A stretch of DNA of 34,686 nt from a virus (taxonomy: Duplodnaviria; Caudoviricetes): positions 1 to 34,686 of IMG/VR virus record IMGVR_UViG_3300005512_000149; one strand, written 5' to 3'. Shown here piece by piece: positions 17,828 to 28,400 of the stretch. The position numbers and the translations under genes were made by a program. The notes under the pieces were generated by a model. It did no database searches, was not told where the DNA came from, and saw only the letters and a program-made list of their open reading frames with translations. The stretch's first letter is position 1. The number at the start of each line of letters is the position of its first letter.

Positions 17828-18234
17828 TGGGACTGGATCAATACTTACGGATCGAGATGGCTACTAAAACCATAGATCCCAGTCAGTACAAGGAAGACAC
17901 AGACATCGTAGACTTCTTGGAGGGAGACGAGGGGCTTGCTGTGTACACTAAGCATATGGCTTACTGTGCCTACTGGCGCAAGTTCTGGCCACTCCAAGAC
18001 TACATCAAGGAGAACTATGATAACGAGACTACCATCTATTTATACATCGAGGACTTGATCAAAATACGAGATCACTTCCAAGATGTGATCGAAAGCTGGA
18101 ACAGTTTCGAAGAAGCAGATAGCTATAATGGGTCTTGGACTGAGTACACTGTGCAAAGATTTACCCAACTCATAGATCTGTACGGAAGAAAGAAGCGCAC
18201 AGGTGTTTCCTTTCTGTATATTGCGTCATGGTAG
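17827..18234 (+). CDS. Conserved phage protein (MGLD...YWRK family)
   Basis: MGLDQYL start, AYWRK motif, Y.ASW end. Confidence 0.75.
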   Translation: MGLDQYLRIEMATKTIDPSQYKEDTDIVDFLEGDEGLAVYTKHMAYCAYWRKFWPLQDYIKENYDNETTIYLYIEDLIKIRDHFQDVIESWNSFEEADSYNGSWTEYTVQRFTQLIDLYGRKKRTGVSFLYIASW

Positions 18235-18258
18235 CCAGATACCATATGCGCCTCGATT

Positions 18259-18294
18259 GGGCGGGCTCTTCTTCGGAGGGGCTCGCCCTTTTTT
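18259..18294 (+). terminator. Intrinsic terminator
   Basis: GGGCGGGCTCTT-CTTCGG-AGGGGCTCGCCC-TTTTTT. Confidence 0.85.
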
Positions 18295-18316
18295 GTTTAA
18301 CTAAACGGTATCTACC

Positions 18317-18424
18317 ATGTTTGAGAACGAGATAGCAAACATAATCTTTACTGTGATCTTCGTAGGTGTTGCCTTGTCGGGAATCATAGACTATGTTAAC
18401 TACAAGTACGGTGACAAGAAATGA
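18317..18424 (+). CDS. Small single-pass membrane protein (35 aa; not in ORF track)
   Basis: MFENEIANIIFTVIFVGVALSGIIDYVNYKYGDKK; ATGA overlap with the Gp157 gene. Confidence 0.55.
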   Translation: MFENEIANIIFTVIFVGVALSGIIDYVNYKYGDKK

Positions 18425-18918
18425 AACTATACGAACTAACGGAAGAGCTTGAGCAGCTTCAGTCTATGCTTATCGAGTCTGGAGGTGAGATCACCGAAGA
18501 GCTTGAAGAGCTTATGAGTCGCAACGAAGCGGCCGTAAAGGACAAGATGAAGGGCTACATAATGGTGATCAGGCAGCTTCAAGCAAGAGAGCAGGCAGCT
18601 CTTGAAGAGAAGCGCCGTCTTGATACCATAAGCAAGAAGGCAGGAAGGGCAGCAGACCGTCTCAAGTCTTACATACTCCATCATATGGAGGTTATGGATG
18701 TGAGATCTGTTGACACTGATCTTGGCAAGGTGTACGTTGCAAGGGCAAGCAAGGGCAAGCTTGTGATCAACAAGCCTGTTGAGGAGTTGCCGCCTTCCTT
18801 TGCGAAGTATGTCAAGGAACCAGACAAGGATGCTATTAAAGCAGCGCTTGATTCTGGTCGAGACATATCAGACATCGCATACTACGAAGAGCCATCGAAG
18901 CACATTAGAATAAGCTAA
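18421..18918 (+). CDS. Siphovirus Gp157 family protein
   Basis: MKLYELTEE...EEKRRL...RLKSYI...EPDKDAIKAAL..G...HIRI. Confidence 0.85.
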   Translation: MKLYELTEELEQLQSMLIESGGEITEELEELMSRNEAAVKDKMKGYIMVIRQLQAREQAALEEKRRLDTISKKAGRAADRLKSYILHHMEVMDVRSVDTDLGKVYVARASKGKLVINKPVEELPPSFAKYVKEPDKDAIKAALDSGRDISDIAYYEEPSKHIRIS

Positions 18919-19034
18919 TGGGTTACGGTGAGCAGTGGGAAATGGTAACTCTAGCCGTTGCTTGTTTATGGCTAGGGTTACTGTTTATCCTATCAGATAT
19001 GGACTACGAAAACAAGAGGCACAATGATAGTTAG
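18918..19034 (+). CDS. Small single-pass membrane protein (38 aa; not in ORF track)
   Basis: TAATG coupling; MGYGEQWEMVTLAVACLWLGLLFILSDMDYENKRHNDS. Confidence 0.5.
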   Translation: MGYGEQWEMVTLAVACLWLGLLFILSDMDYENKRHNDS

Positions 19035-19350
19035 AGAGATATATGAGTCGGAGTGGATTGACAATCTGCTCGACGACGAACTTGCAGGGTGGTCATACGA
19101 AGGTGCACAAGCCTTGTATGACTACTATTGGACTATTGCCATTAAAGATGGCAAGCCATTCCTTCTTGAGTTAGACTTTCTTCGTTCAGAATGGAGTGAG
19201 TACCTTGAAGAGGATGCAAGAAATCGCTTTGGTATAGAGCACGAAATCACTGAGATCGGGCTGAATATGCATCCAAGGGTAGAGGAAGTGATTGCATTTA
19301 AGCACACTAAGCTCAATGCTTGGAGGTACTTGATAAAACTAAAACGATAA
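19024..19350 (+). CDS. Conserved phage hypothetical protein
   Basis: WSYEGAQALYDY...LELD..RSEWSEY pattern. Confidence 0.7.
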   Translation: MIVREIYESEWIDNLLDDELAGWSYEGAQALYDYYWTIAIKDGKPFLLELDFLRSEWSEYLEEDARNRFGIEHEITEIGLNMHPRVEEVIAFKHTKLNAWRYLIKLKR

Positions 19351-19356
19351 ACAGAG

Positions 19357-19569
19357 GTGACAATGGCTATGGAATGGAAGGATTACTCACAGACAAAGCC
19401 GCATAAGCCAGATTGGTATCTAGTTTGGGTAGATCTGTACTTAGACGGAGAGGGCTATGCAGACGTTGATTACTGGGAAGGCGACAACTGGAAGTTTATT
19501 GACGCGCCAATAAGCTGGTGGTTTGAAATAGAACCGCCGCCATCTAACAACAAACAGGTAGAACAATGA
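19357..19569 (+). CDS. DUF551-like small protein
   Basis: MEW...KP....YLVW......W....ISWW.EI.PP pattern. Confidence 0.65.
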   Translation: MTMAMEWKDYSQTKPHKPDWYLVWVDLYLDGEGYADVDYWEGDNWKFIDAPISWWFEIEPPPSNNKQVEQ

Positions 19570-19988
19570 AGATCGAGGAACTAGAAAACCCACCACAGTG
19601 GCTATTGGATGCTGATACCAACTTTGCCGATGTAGAAATCATTGATGGTATTGTTCATTGGAATGGTGGCGTCTGGAAAGAAGGCGTATGGCACAACGGC
19701 GTTTGGAAGGACGGTACTTGGCTTGATGGTGTTTGGTATGATGGAATTTGGGAGAATGGTACTTGGTATGGAGGGACTTGGCAGAATGGCATTTGGTATG
19801 GAGGCACTTGGAAAGGTGGAATTTGGCTTAATGGCGTATGGAATGAGGGTTATTGGTTTAATGGCGTATGGAAGTATGGTCGCTGGCATGGAGGCTACTG
19901 GTATGCAGGGAAGTGGGAAAAGGGATACAAATGGAAAGGTGGCAAGGATAATCTTGTGCTGTCTGACACACCACCATCTAACGACTAA
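19566..19988 (+). CDS. Trp-Gly pentapeptide (xWxxG) repeat protein, copy 1
   Basis: 18 consecutive xWxxG units between conserved termini. Confidence 0.8.
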   Translation: MKIEELENPPQWLLDADTNFADVEIIDGIVHWNGGVWKEGVWHNGVWKDGTWLDGVWYDGIWENGTWYGGTWQNGIWYGGTWKGGIWLNGVWNEGYWFNGVWKYGRWHGGYWYAGKWEKGYKWKGGKDNLVLSDTPPSND

Positions 19989-20002
19989 ACAAGAGGTAAG
20001 CT

Positions 20003-20545
20003 ATGAGGATTGAAGAACTTGAAAACGCGCCACAGTGGCTATTGGATGCGGACACCGTAGATGCAGACGTAGAGATCGCAGGTGGTATTGTGCATTGGTA
20101 TGATGGTACTTGGAAAGATGGCGCTTGGCAAGGAGGTACTTGGTGGGCGGGCACTTGGGAGAATGGCACTTGGGAAGACGGGCTTTGGAAGGGAGGTATT
20201 TGGAAAGGCGGTACTTGGAGTAGCGGTGTGTGGCAAGATGGCATCTGGCAGAATGGTGATTGGAAAGACGGCATATGGCACAACGGTGTTTTTGAAGGAG
20301 GTGATTGGGAAAGTGGTGTCTGGTATAATGGTACTTGGGAGAATTGTACTTGGAGAAGTGGCGTTTGGCAAGGGGGGACTTGGAGAAATGGTGTTTGGTA
20401 TGATGGCTATTGGCTTGATGGCGTATGGGAGTATGGTTACTGGTTCAATGGCTCTTGGTATGGAGGCAAGTGGAAAAGGGGGAACAAGTGGAAAAGGGGC
20501 GAGCCTAAATTCTTGACTTCTGACACACCACCAAGTAACGACTAG
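20003..20545 (+). CDS. Trp-Gly pentapeptide (xWxxG) repeat protein, copy 2
   Basis: 26 units; same M.IEELEN.PQWLLDADT start and SDTPPSND end as copy 1; GAGGT RBS. Confidence 0.8.
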   Translation: MRIEELENAPQWLLDADTVDADVEIAGGIVHWYDGTWKDGAWQGGTWWAGTWENGTWEDGLWKGGIWKGGTWSSGVWQDGIWQNGDWKDGIWHNGVFEGGDWESGVWYNGTWENCTWRSGVWQGGTWRNGVWYDGYWLDGVWEYGYWFNGSWYGGKWKRGNKWKRGEPKFLTSDTPPSND

Positions 20546-20753
20546 GGCAAGGCAACACCAATCTTGCGGTCACACTCTGTGATTACAACGCAAGGTTAGT
20601 ATCTGGAGACATCGGTTTTTATCGCAATAGCAGTAATAACCGCTCTGTCTCCAGATATTTGTGCCCATAAACAACAGTAAACACCCGTTTTTATCGCGTT
20701 AACATTCATTTAGATTGTTTTATTCTGCATAACCGCAGTTTGCAGATTAAAAC
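20545..20753 (+). ncRNA. Candidate structured RNA/regulatory element
   Basis: Stems 20560-20568/20589-20597 and 20598-20611/20646-20659, closing GGGCA/TGCCC, and a further hairpin at 20717-20753. Confidence 0.45.
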
Positions 20754-20786
20754 CTCAGCTTGCAGATAAGCAGGAAGATATGAGTT

Positions 20787-21653
20787 ATGGAGAAATACAA
20801 GGGTAGACCCGACCTAGCGAAGAAGCTTAAGAGTCTTATGTGGGAAGATGGCCTTCCCGTTAGGGAGGCAGCAGAGATGCTTGACATATCATCTCGAAAC
20901 GCCAACATCTTGTGTGACTACTATGGCATAGAGACTAGACCTGGCTTTGACTACACTGTAGTAAGAAGGGTTTACAGTCGCCATCTTATTGACAAGATAG
21001 GAAGGCTTTTGTCTGATGGAGTACCTATAAAGAAGATCGCCAAAGATCTTTCGATCAACAAGGAATATCCAACAGTAGTCAAGTGGTTGTTTCAAGATGA
21101 CCTTGCCAAGTCCAAGGAAGCGAGGTTAACTTCTCCCTACGGCATAAGAACTCCAAGCGGTCTTCGTAACGACGTTATGTTCGATGACCTTATTCGCATC
21201 TGTAAGATGACGGATGATGGAGAGTCTAGCTATAGCATATCCAAGTTTCTTAGGTTTTCCGAAACCACCGTCAAGGTATACCAACGGATCTATCGAGAGA
21301 ATGGATTCGATGGCTTCTACATTGACAAGAACAACAAGGTATGGAAGACAAGAGAATCTTACGATAGATGGAGGGAGTCCGTAACTAAGCCAGCTGTCAA
21401 GACAGAAGCACCACACTTTTATAAACCGATGGTACTTGAAGCTATTTCCTATTGGAACAAGATCGGAGGGCCACACGCAAAGTATTGGCAGGATCAACTA
21501 GATCAGATCAATAAGAATGTAGTTCCCGACGTAGCTTCAAATACCACACAAACAGAAGAGGAGCAATGGACAAAGACAGTACGTCGTCTACAAAGACTCA
21601 GTACACAATCAGGAAACCACAACACAGAAAAGCGTATAGATACGAACCTGTGA
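20787..21653 (+). CDS. Multi-HTH DNA-binding protein
   Basis: Three HTH-like segments: LPVREAAEMLDIS, VPIKKIAKDLSIN and ESSYSISKFLRFSETTV. Confidence 0.65.
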   Translation: MEKYKGRPDLAKKLKSLMWEDGLPVREAAEMLDISSRNANILCDYYGIETRPGFDYTVVRRVYSRHLIDKIGRLLSDGVPIKKIAKDLSINKEYPTVVKWLFQDDLAKSKEARLTSPYGIRTPSGLRNDVMFDDLIRICKMTDDGESSYSISKFLRFSETTVKVYQRIYRENGFDGFYIDKNNKVWKTRESYDRWRESVTKPAVKTEAPHFYKPMVLEAISYWNKIGGPHAKYWQDQLDQINKNVVPDVASNTTQTEEEQWTKTVRRLQRLSTQSGNHNTEKRIDTNL

Positions 21654-21913
21654 AGTGGAGTGCGTGTGACATCGAGAGACACAAGACCTTCGTTTACATA
21701 AGGAACGGTATAGGGTCTTGTGGTATCAAGAGAGTACCTGTTAAAGGGTACGGAAAGCATCAGACATATGACTTTGAGTATATGCCTTTTGTATTCCGTA
21801 CTATGGAAGAAGCCGAATCAACATCAAAGAGATTAAACCGATGGAGGGAAAGACCACTTACCAAGAAAGAGCGCTTAGAACACTATCACAGAAGGTTGCA
21901 ACGCATACCGTAA
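21650..21913 (+). CDS. Hypothetical basic protein
   Basis: GTGA overlap with the HTH gene stop suggests a start at 21650. Overlaps mazG by 73 nt. Confidence 0.5.
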   Translation: MKWSACDIERHKTFVYIRNGIGSCGIKRVPVKGYGKHQTYDFEYMPFVFRTMEEAESTSKRLNRWRERPLTKKERLEHYHRRLQRIP

Positions 21914-22341
21914 GCGCAAAAAGATGGGAGTCCTTTAGACATTTGTTGTTCGGTATATCCGAAATGGCAGATGATCTTAAGCGAGACATCTTCTACGGGC
22001 TTGGTGAACCACAGCCTGGGTACAAGATGATGCCGCCTATGGATACTCACGAAGCTTATATGTACCACGCAATCCTTGGTATCATAAGCGAACTCGGGGA
22101 ACTGTATGACTCTGTCTTGATGAGAGACAGGCTTAACACCATAGAAGAGCTTGGTGATCTTGAATGGTACCTAGCTCTTGCTCGCAAGGCTGTGAGTACC
22201 ACGCAGGATGAAGTTCAAGAAGCTAACATCAAGAAGCTTATGGAACGCTTCCCAGAGAAGTTCAACGAGAAGGACGTTGTGAATCGAGACCTTGACGCTG
22301 AACGGGATGCCATAAGTATGGTGATGAACGCACAGAAGTAA
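21841..22341 (+). CDS. mazG: MazG-like nucleoside triphosphate pyrophosphohydrolase
   Basis: YQERALRT, LGIISELGELYD, IEELGDLEWYL and ANIKKLMERFPEKF. Confidence 0.85.
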   Translation: MEGKTTYQERALRTLSQKVATHTVSAKRWESFRHLLFGISEMADDLKRDIFYGLGEPQPGYKMMPPMDTHEAYMYHAILGIISELGELYDSVLMRDRLNTIEELGDLEWYLALARKAVSTTQDEVQEANIKKLMERFPEKFNEKDVVNRDLDAERDAISMVMNAQK

Positions 22342-22450
22342 GACATTGAAGGTAAGGAGAGCGCCTTCAATACCTAACTAATTGCTCTTCGTAACCCTGT
22401 GGGGGTTGCCTATACCGTCTACAAGCGAGGTTGATGCGCACGTAGATATT

Positions 22451-22492
22451 AGGAGGGAATAGGGGCTTACGTCCTTATTCCCTCTTTTTTTT
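22451..22492 (+). terminator. Terminator at the convergence of early and late blocks
   Basis: GAGGGAATAGGGGC-TTAC-GTCCTTATTCCCTC followed by a T run. Confidence 0.85.
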
Positions 22493-22493
22493 A

Positions 22494-25400
22494 CTATTGC
22501 GACTGAACTGCGTAGTTGAACTCCATCACCATTGACCTAATGGCGTTGTTCAACTCTTCATCGCTATTACCGCTAACAACAGTCCCCGATTCTGAGTCAA
22601 GCATAGCGTCTTCCCGTTCTTCCCTTATTTCCTTGCGTCGCGCACGTTTCTCTTTGTCCGTCATCGCAGGCACAGCAAGTCTTGCGCTACCGAACGGCAT
22701 CTGATACAGCTCATCTACACTGTTGAGCCTGTTCATTGTCCTTGACAGCGCCATATAGGGTAGTCCCGTCAAGAACTCTATGCTCATCTGTGGTGATTCC
22801 TTGGCTCTGTACAGGTTCTTAACCATAGACCCGAACGGTATCAAGGACGTTAGGTCGTTCTGCAAGAACAGTTCAAGATCTTCACTACTGTTGAGTAACA
22901 TAAGATCAAACAACGCCATACCACCCTTGACTGGCGTAGTAAGTATCCTAAGCCCAGGAGGTGCTGCCAAACCTATGATGTTTGCAGGGTAAGGAAGGAT
23001 ACCAAAGAAAGCTTTCTCGCGCTCTTCCTCGTCACCGAAGAGGTACTCAGATAGACTTGTAAGCGCGCCAAATCCAACGGGCGCTACTGCTTGGAACGTA
23101 GAGTATGGAAGCGTAGACGCAAGCCCTAAGACCATCAGATCTGCTGTAAGCGCCGTACGCAGTCTTTCAAACTCTGGCGTGTCCTGCCTAAACCCGAGCG
23201 CCTTAGCTTGCTGATACACGTCCCTACGGAAGCGTACGCTGTTCCAAGCATACAGTTGGAATCGGGAAAAGATTTTACCGATAGGCGTGGCTGATGCGAT
23301 AGGACGGCTTGCACTATTGTACAAGAACTGAGAAGCGTCTGATCCTTTTTTCGCAAGCTCAATCAGCCTCGGGTCGTTGTACCTTGTAGTACGGTCTATG
23401 TTATAGACTTCCCTTGCTTTAAGGTAGTGAGCCCAGAACGCGTTGGTACGTACCTGCCGCTCAGAGAACTGCATGAACCAGCCAGCCGTAGATAGTAGCT
23501 TGTCTTGCAGACCACGGTTACGCAAGATGGTTCGTATCTCAGAGTCTTTGGCTAAAGGATTCTGCTTAATCAGCTTAAGCACATCCTTAAGCGCAGCCCT
23601 ACCTATTACGGTTTGGAACGCAGGTGTTAGGTTTGCTTCCTTCTGAATAAAGGTTTCAATCACACCATAGCGTTCTGCCTCTCTTATCCTATCTGCCGTG
23701 GTAGCAAGGTTGGGGCTGATCCCAGCCATATAGTCTGATCTCGACGCTCTGATGAAGTTCCTAAACCCAACAGAGGCCATAGTCATAGCGCTACCACCAA
23801 CAAGGTTGTTCGTAAGAGACCTTGTGTTTGCAAGCAGTGTCGCAAGCTGATACTTAGCTTCAGCCCTACTGAATGACCTAAGCCAGTTGGAAGCACGCTG
23901 TTTGGCAACGCGCTCTGCTTCGGCTTGTGACATACCGTTCTCTACGTCGCGATCAATCTGTCGCTGTACGTACTTGCCACCGAAGAACCTCCGATCAAAG
24001 GTTCTCCATTTCTCAAACACGGCTTCGTCACTGGTAAAGAACCCTACGGTTTTACCCTTTGTACCATCGGATGAAGCTACGCCTTCTGTTGTAAGGCTTG
24101 ATATACCAAGGTAGGACTGAAGGTATGTACGCAGGTAGTCCTTCCATTCTACGATAAGGTTGGGTCTAATCTGATTCTCAGTAACAGCCCGTGACTCAAA
24201 ACGCTTGACCGTGTCTTGCCCAAGTAGGATAGACACAGCCTTGGCTTGTGCCTCTACCATAGAACGAGAGTAGTCCGTAAGCACAGTAATGTCTGACGAC
24301 CAACCTGGGAATGGTATAAAGCCACGCGCCTTAAGGTTGGACGGGGTTCTTACGATAGCTTCTGTGAAGACTGGATCGGTACCATCACGCAAGGGTTCGT
24401 AACTATTGACAATAGCCTGCAAGTCTTGCGACAACATCTCCGAAGAGATCTTGCTCTGCATGATTAGGTTCTTAAGGAACACGGCCATACGGCGCTCATC
24501 AGCAGGGTTCTCAGGCTTCTTCAGGCCACGCACAAACTTATCTACCACGGCAGGGTCGTGGTTCATACGCGCCCAATACACGTCACCGTCGCGCTTGCCT
24601 ACGGGGTTGTATCGCGTCTTGTACCTTCTTGCTGCGTATATGTTGTCTACTTCTTCGGCTTGAAGTATGTTGACTTCGTAAGCTTCATCGTCATCGCCAC
24701 GGTTTACGTCTCGGCTTGGATCCTTTTTCCATACCACGTTCTCAAACGGGTGATTGCCTTGATACTCAAAGCCACCTACATCTTCCCGTATGAAACGGTT
24801 GAGTTCATCAAAGCCATTGACACGCTCGACCTTGTACTCGTTTTGTCTTCTTACGCCTTGGATTGGCCTTTCGCCTTCCTCGCCTTGAACAATCACGTCT
24901 TCTCTTGACGTAATCTTGCGATACAGTTCTACGGGTCTGTTCAGCAAGCCAGCTTCACGCAGGTCACGAGACGAGCCTGTCACGACGATACCATCATCAC
25001 CCTCAGCAAAGCTTAGGCTTGGGTGGCGCTCAATGTAGTCACGCTCTTGTGCCGTAAGACGACTTACAAGTATCCTATTCTGATGGTAAAACTGTACTTG
25101 CTGTTCATACATCAAGCGCTGTACGCCGTTGTATGTAAGGTTAGGTAGCTTCCCGTTCTGCGCCATATACTTGCGCAGTTTGTCTACAGACGCAGCGTAG
25201 TTTATATCACCAGCGCTGTCCATTACCATAAACTTGGCGTCACGTTTAGGCACATTGCCTTCGCTATAGTCGCCAATGTAGTCTTCGTAGACAAGCTTGT
25301 ATATGTCCGTAATACGCTTGTTGATAGCGCCAGCTTTGTCTCTTTCACCAAGAGTGCCCATCATTTCCTCGGCGCTTAGTCTGATAAACTTGTCGCCAAG

Positions 25401-28400
25401 ACCTCCCATCTTGAAGCTGTAAGAACGATCTAGTTCAAGTATGCGCTTGTAGTCAGCGTATAGATCTCTGAAGCGCATGATCTCTTCTGGTACTTCTACG
25501 CTTCTATTGCCGATCTTTATCGTGCTCTCGGTAGATTCGATGGCATCAATCAGTTGCTTCTTGCTAAGACGTAAGCCACCATCTCTTTCCTTGCGCAGGT
25601 AAGAGTTCATCTCACGAATACCAACGGCGATCTTGAACATCGTATCGCCGTCTTGATTCCTACCTTGGTCACCTATATCGCCAGCAAGATCGTTGATTAG
25701 TCGATCAAACACAGAGAAGTTCTCAGACTCTGCTTCATTCGCAAGCTTGAAGGTATTCACCATCTCGTCGCCAGCAGAGTACACGGGTCTTACGGGTAGG
25801 TTCTTAACACCATCCTTAGTAAAGACAAGCTTTCTGACCTTATCGTTTCCTATTATAAGGTCATTCGCCTTCATAGCATTAGCTATGCTGTCTGGGAAAA
25901 AGTACGGCAACCATTTGGATAGTAAGCCGTCCTCGCCAGCAGCAGCACGATTGACCAGATTCTGCAAGATACCACGGTCAAACGGCTTCTCGAAGAAAGC
26001 CAAGAACCTATCTATTGAATCACGGTCGGCGGCACTCAGCGCTGTGTATGGGCCAAACAAACTTGCCTCACCCGTAGCGTAAGAGAACACTTCGTTGAAG
26101 TGCTCAAGTAGCTGTGGGTTACGGTTAAACACGGCAACCATACGGTCGCGAAGCTTCTGCGCTTCTTGTCCAGACTTCTTGCTTGGATCAAAGACACCAG
26201 CCTCATCAACAGCCCCCTTGATTGCTTCTATGTTCTCAAGATGGCCAAGCATACGCTTGCGTTCATCAAGACCGTTCACACGGTAAGCGCGCTCAGCCTC
26301 TGCGTTTACTTCAAAGCCAGCTGCCTTGGCTGCTTGTGTCGCAGGATCAGATACAATATCTGAATCAACACTTGTTGACGGACTGTCGCCCATTAGGCTT
26401 GGTCTTGTCACCCTTGGCGCAGGCTCAGCTACTGTTGCTTTAGTTTCTGGCTTAGGACGTAGTATAGTAGTCTTGCCAGAGTAGCCAGTCTCAACAGAAG
26501 AGATAAGCTCAAAGTACATTCTTACGTCATCGGGACGTATACCATAGTAGCGACGTATGGCTTGACGTAGGTTAGTGTCAAGCACGGGGCCCGTCTTGGT
26601 CTTCTTAAGACCGTTGATAGGACTGTAGAGTAGCATCATATAGTGACTGCGTACATCACGTCCTACCGCAGAAAGCCTTTCAAATATGTTGTCTAGCCTT
26701 GCGTAAGCTCTTTCGATGGCCTCTACATCACCACGGTTGGTGGCATCATTAAGCGCGTTCTTGATCTCAAAGATCTTGTCGTTGAACTGCTGCATCGCAG
26801 CGAGCGCTTCCTTGTCGTTTATATTCTGTTTAGCTTTAATCTGAGAGAGCGCACGCTTGCCCGTCTCAGTTAGGGCCGTAGCTATGGTAGACGCTTCTAT
26901 GTCGCCGTTAGCTTGCCAACGGCTTTTGTAGTTTGTAGCAGCGCCGAATGCAGCACGACCACCACCAACAAAGGTTTGTATAGGACTTCCTTCCTTGCCA
27001 GACTCATTCCTAATCCTTTCAGCCATACGTATGATACCTTCGTGAGGCATAAACGATGGACGCAAGTTGTTTGGATTAGGGTTGTTTTGCCGAAGCTTGC
27101 TGTCTGATAGCTGACTACTCTTTGTTGGTGCTAACTTGTTTATATCAAAGGACTTACCTAAAACAGATAGCGACCTATAGTATATGTTTGACTTCTTAGT
27201 TTTAGTTTTAGAAAAGTTGGATATACTATTAAGGTAGTCGTATAGGTTTTCTGCCGTTCTCTTACCGCTGTCAAGGCTAATAGCGTCTTCCATAACAGCA
27301 ATACGAGACGCTTTAACAGACTTTGGTTCTACGGGAGGCGACAGTGCTGGCTGCCCTGGGCTTGCCTTTTCACTACCAAGATTAACAAGCTTGTCTACAA
27401 CAACCTGCATTCTTTCCTCGAGACTGTTCTTCATCGGAACGTCAGCAGAGTCGGCAGACCGCTGTAATAAGTCGTTGTTTATCCTATAGGTTTCGCGTAC
27501 TCTGTCTTCAAATCCGTCTACACTAAACCAAGACCTAATTACGTATTTATTTCCGAATAGGTCTACTTTTACACTGCTATCTATGTGTACAACGTCCTTG
27601 CCAGCCTTCCTTGCTTGCGCTACTTTTTCCCTTAGTACATCAATAAGCTCTTGTGCGCGCCTTGGAAACAGTGCGTGAGCGCCAATACCTTGGTTACCGT
27701 GACGTGCGCTTATACCAGAGTAGACATTAGTAACGGGGTTCAGCACAGAGAACTTGCTGTCGAATCGCTCTTCGTCACGTATGTCAAATATGACATCAAG
27801 CTTTGGATCCTTAACTGGCGTAGGCACATCAGAAACCAAGGGATCGTCTGACTTCTTGAGTACGCCCGTGTCTGCAAACTTGCGATAATAGTTTCGGACG
27901 GGGCCAGACTTGCCGCCCGTCTTGTCCATATCGAATATGAAGAAAGCCTTGTCACCATCAAGGTCAGCGCCACCAAGCTTGTTCATATCGAAGCCGTGCA
28001 TGTAAACGCCATAGCCTCGCTGATTAGTAAACCCTGCAAGCTTTAGGTTTCGTGCGCCTTCTTGTGTAGCCATAGGCACACGAATGTAGAGCGCTTCAAG
28101 CGCTTCTTCCATCTGAGTCTTAATTGAAGGCGCGGCCACTTTCTCTTTGGCAGGCTTACCAAAACTAGCGCCAGCAAATCTATCCTTAAATTGTTGCTCA
28201 TTAGAAATATCCCTTCCCTCAACGTTCCTAAACGTCCAGCCCTTAGGTGCTAATATCGTTGTAGGAATACCTAATCTAAGTCCTGCCTTAGCTCCAGCCT
28301 CATCAAACCCAGTTTGCCCGCCAGTTCTAATAGAAGTTATTTTGTTTTTAAGATTCGGGGATTCGATAACAGCTTTTAATAAATCATAGGTAAAATCATC

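Noticed and set aside
19602-20516. Alternative-frame and antisense ORFs over the Trp repeats
   Set aside because: By-products of the TGG/GGN periodicity, which lacks stops in other frames.
19566-20545. Diversity-generating retroelement TR/VR pair or CRISPR array
   Set aside because: No reverse transcriptase in the window, differences are not adenine-specific, and the repeats are 15-nt coding units without spacers.
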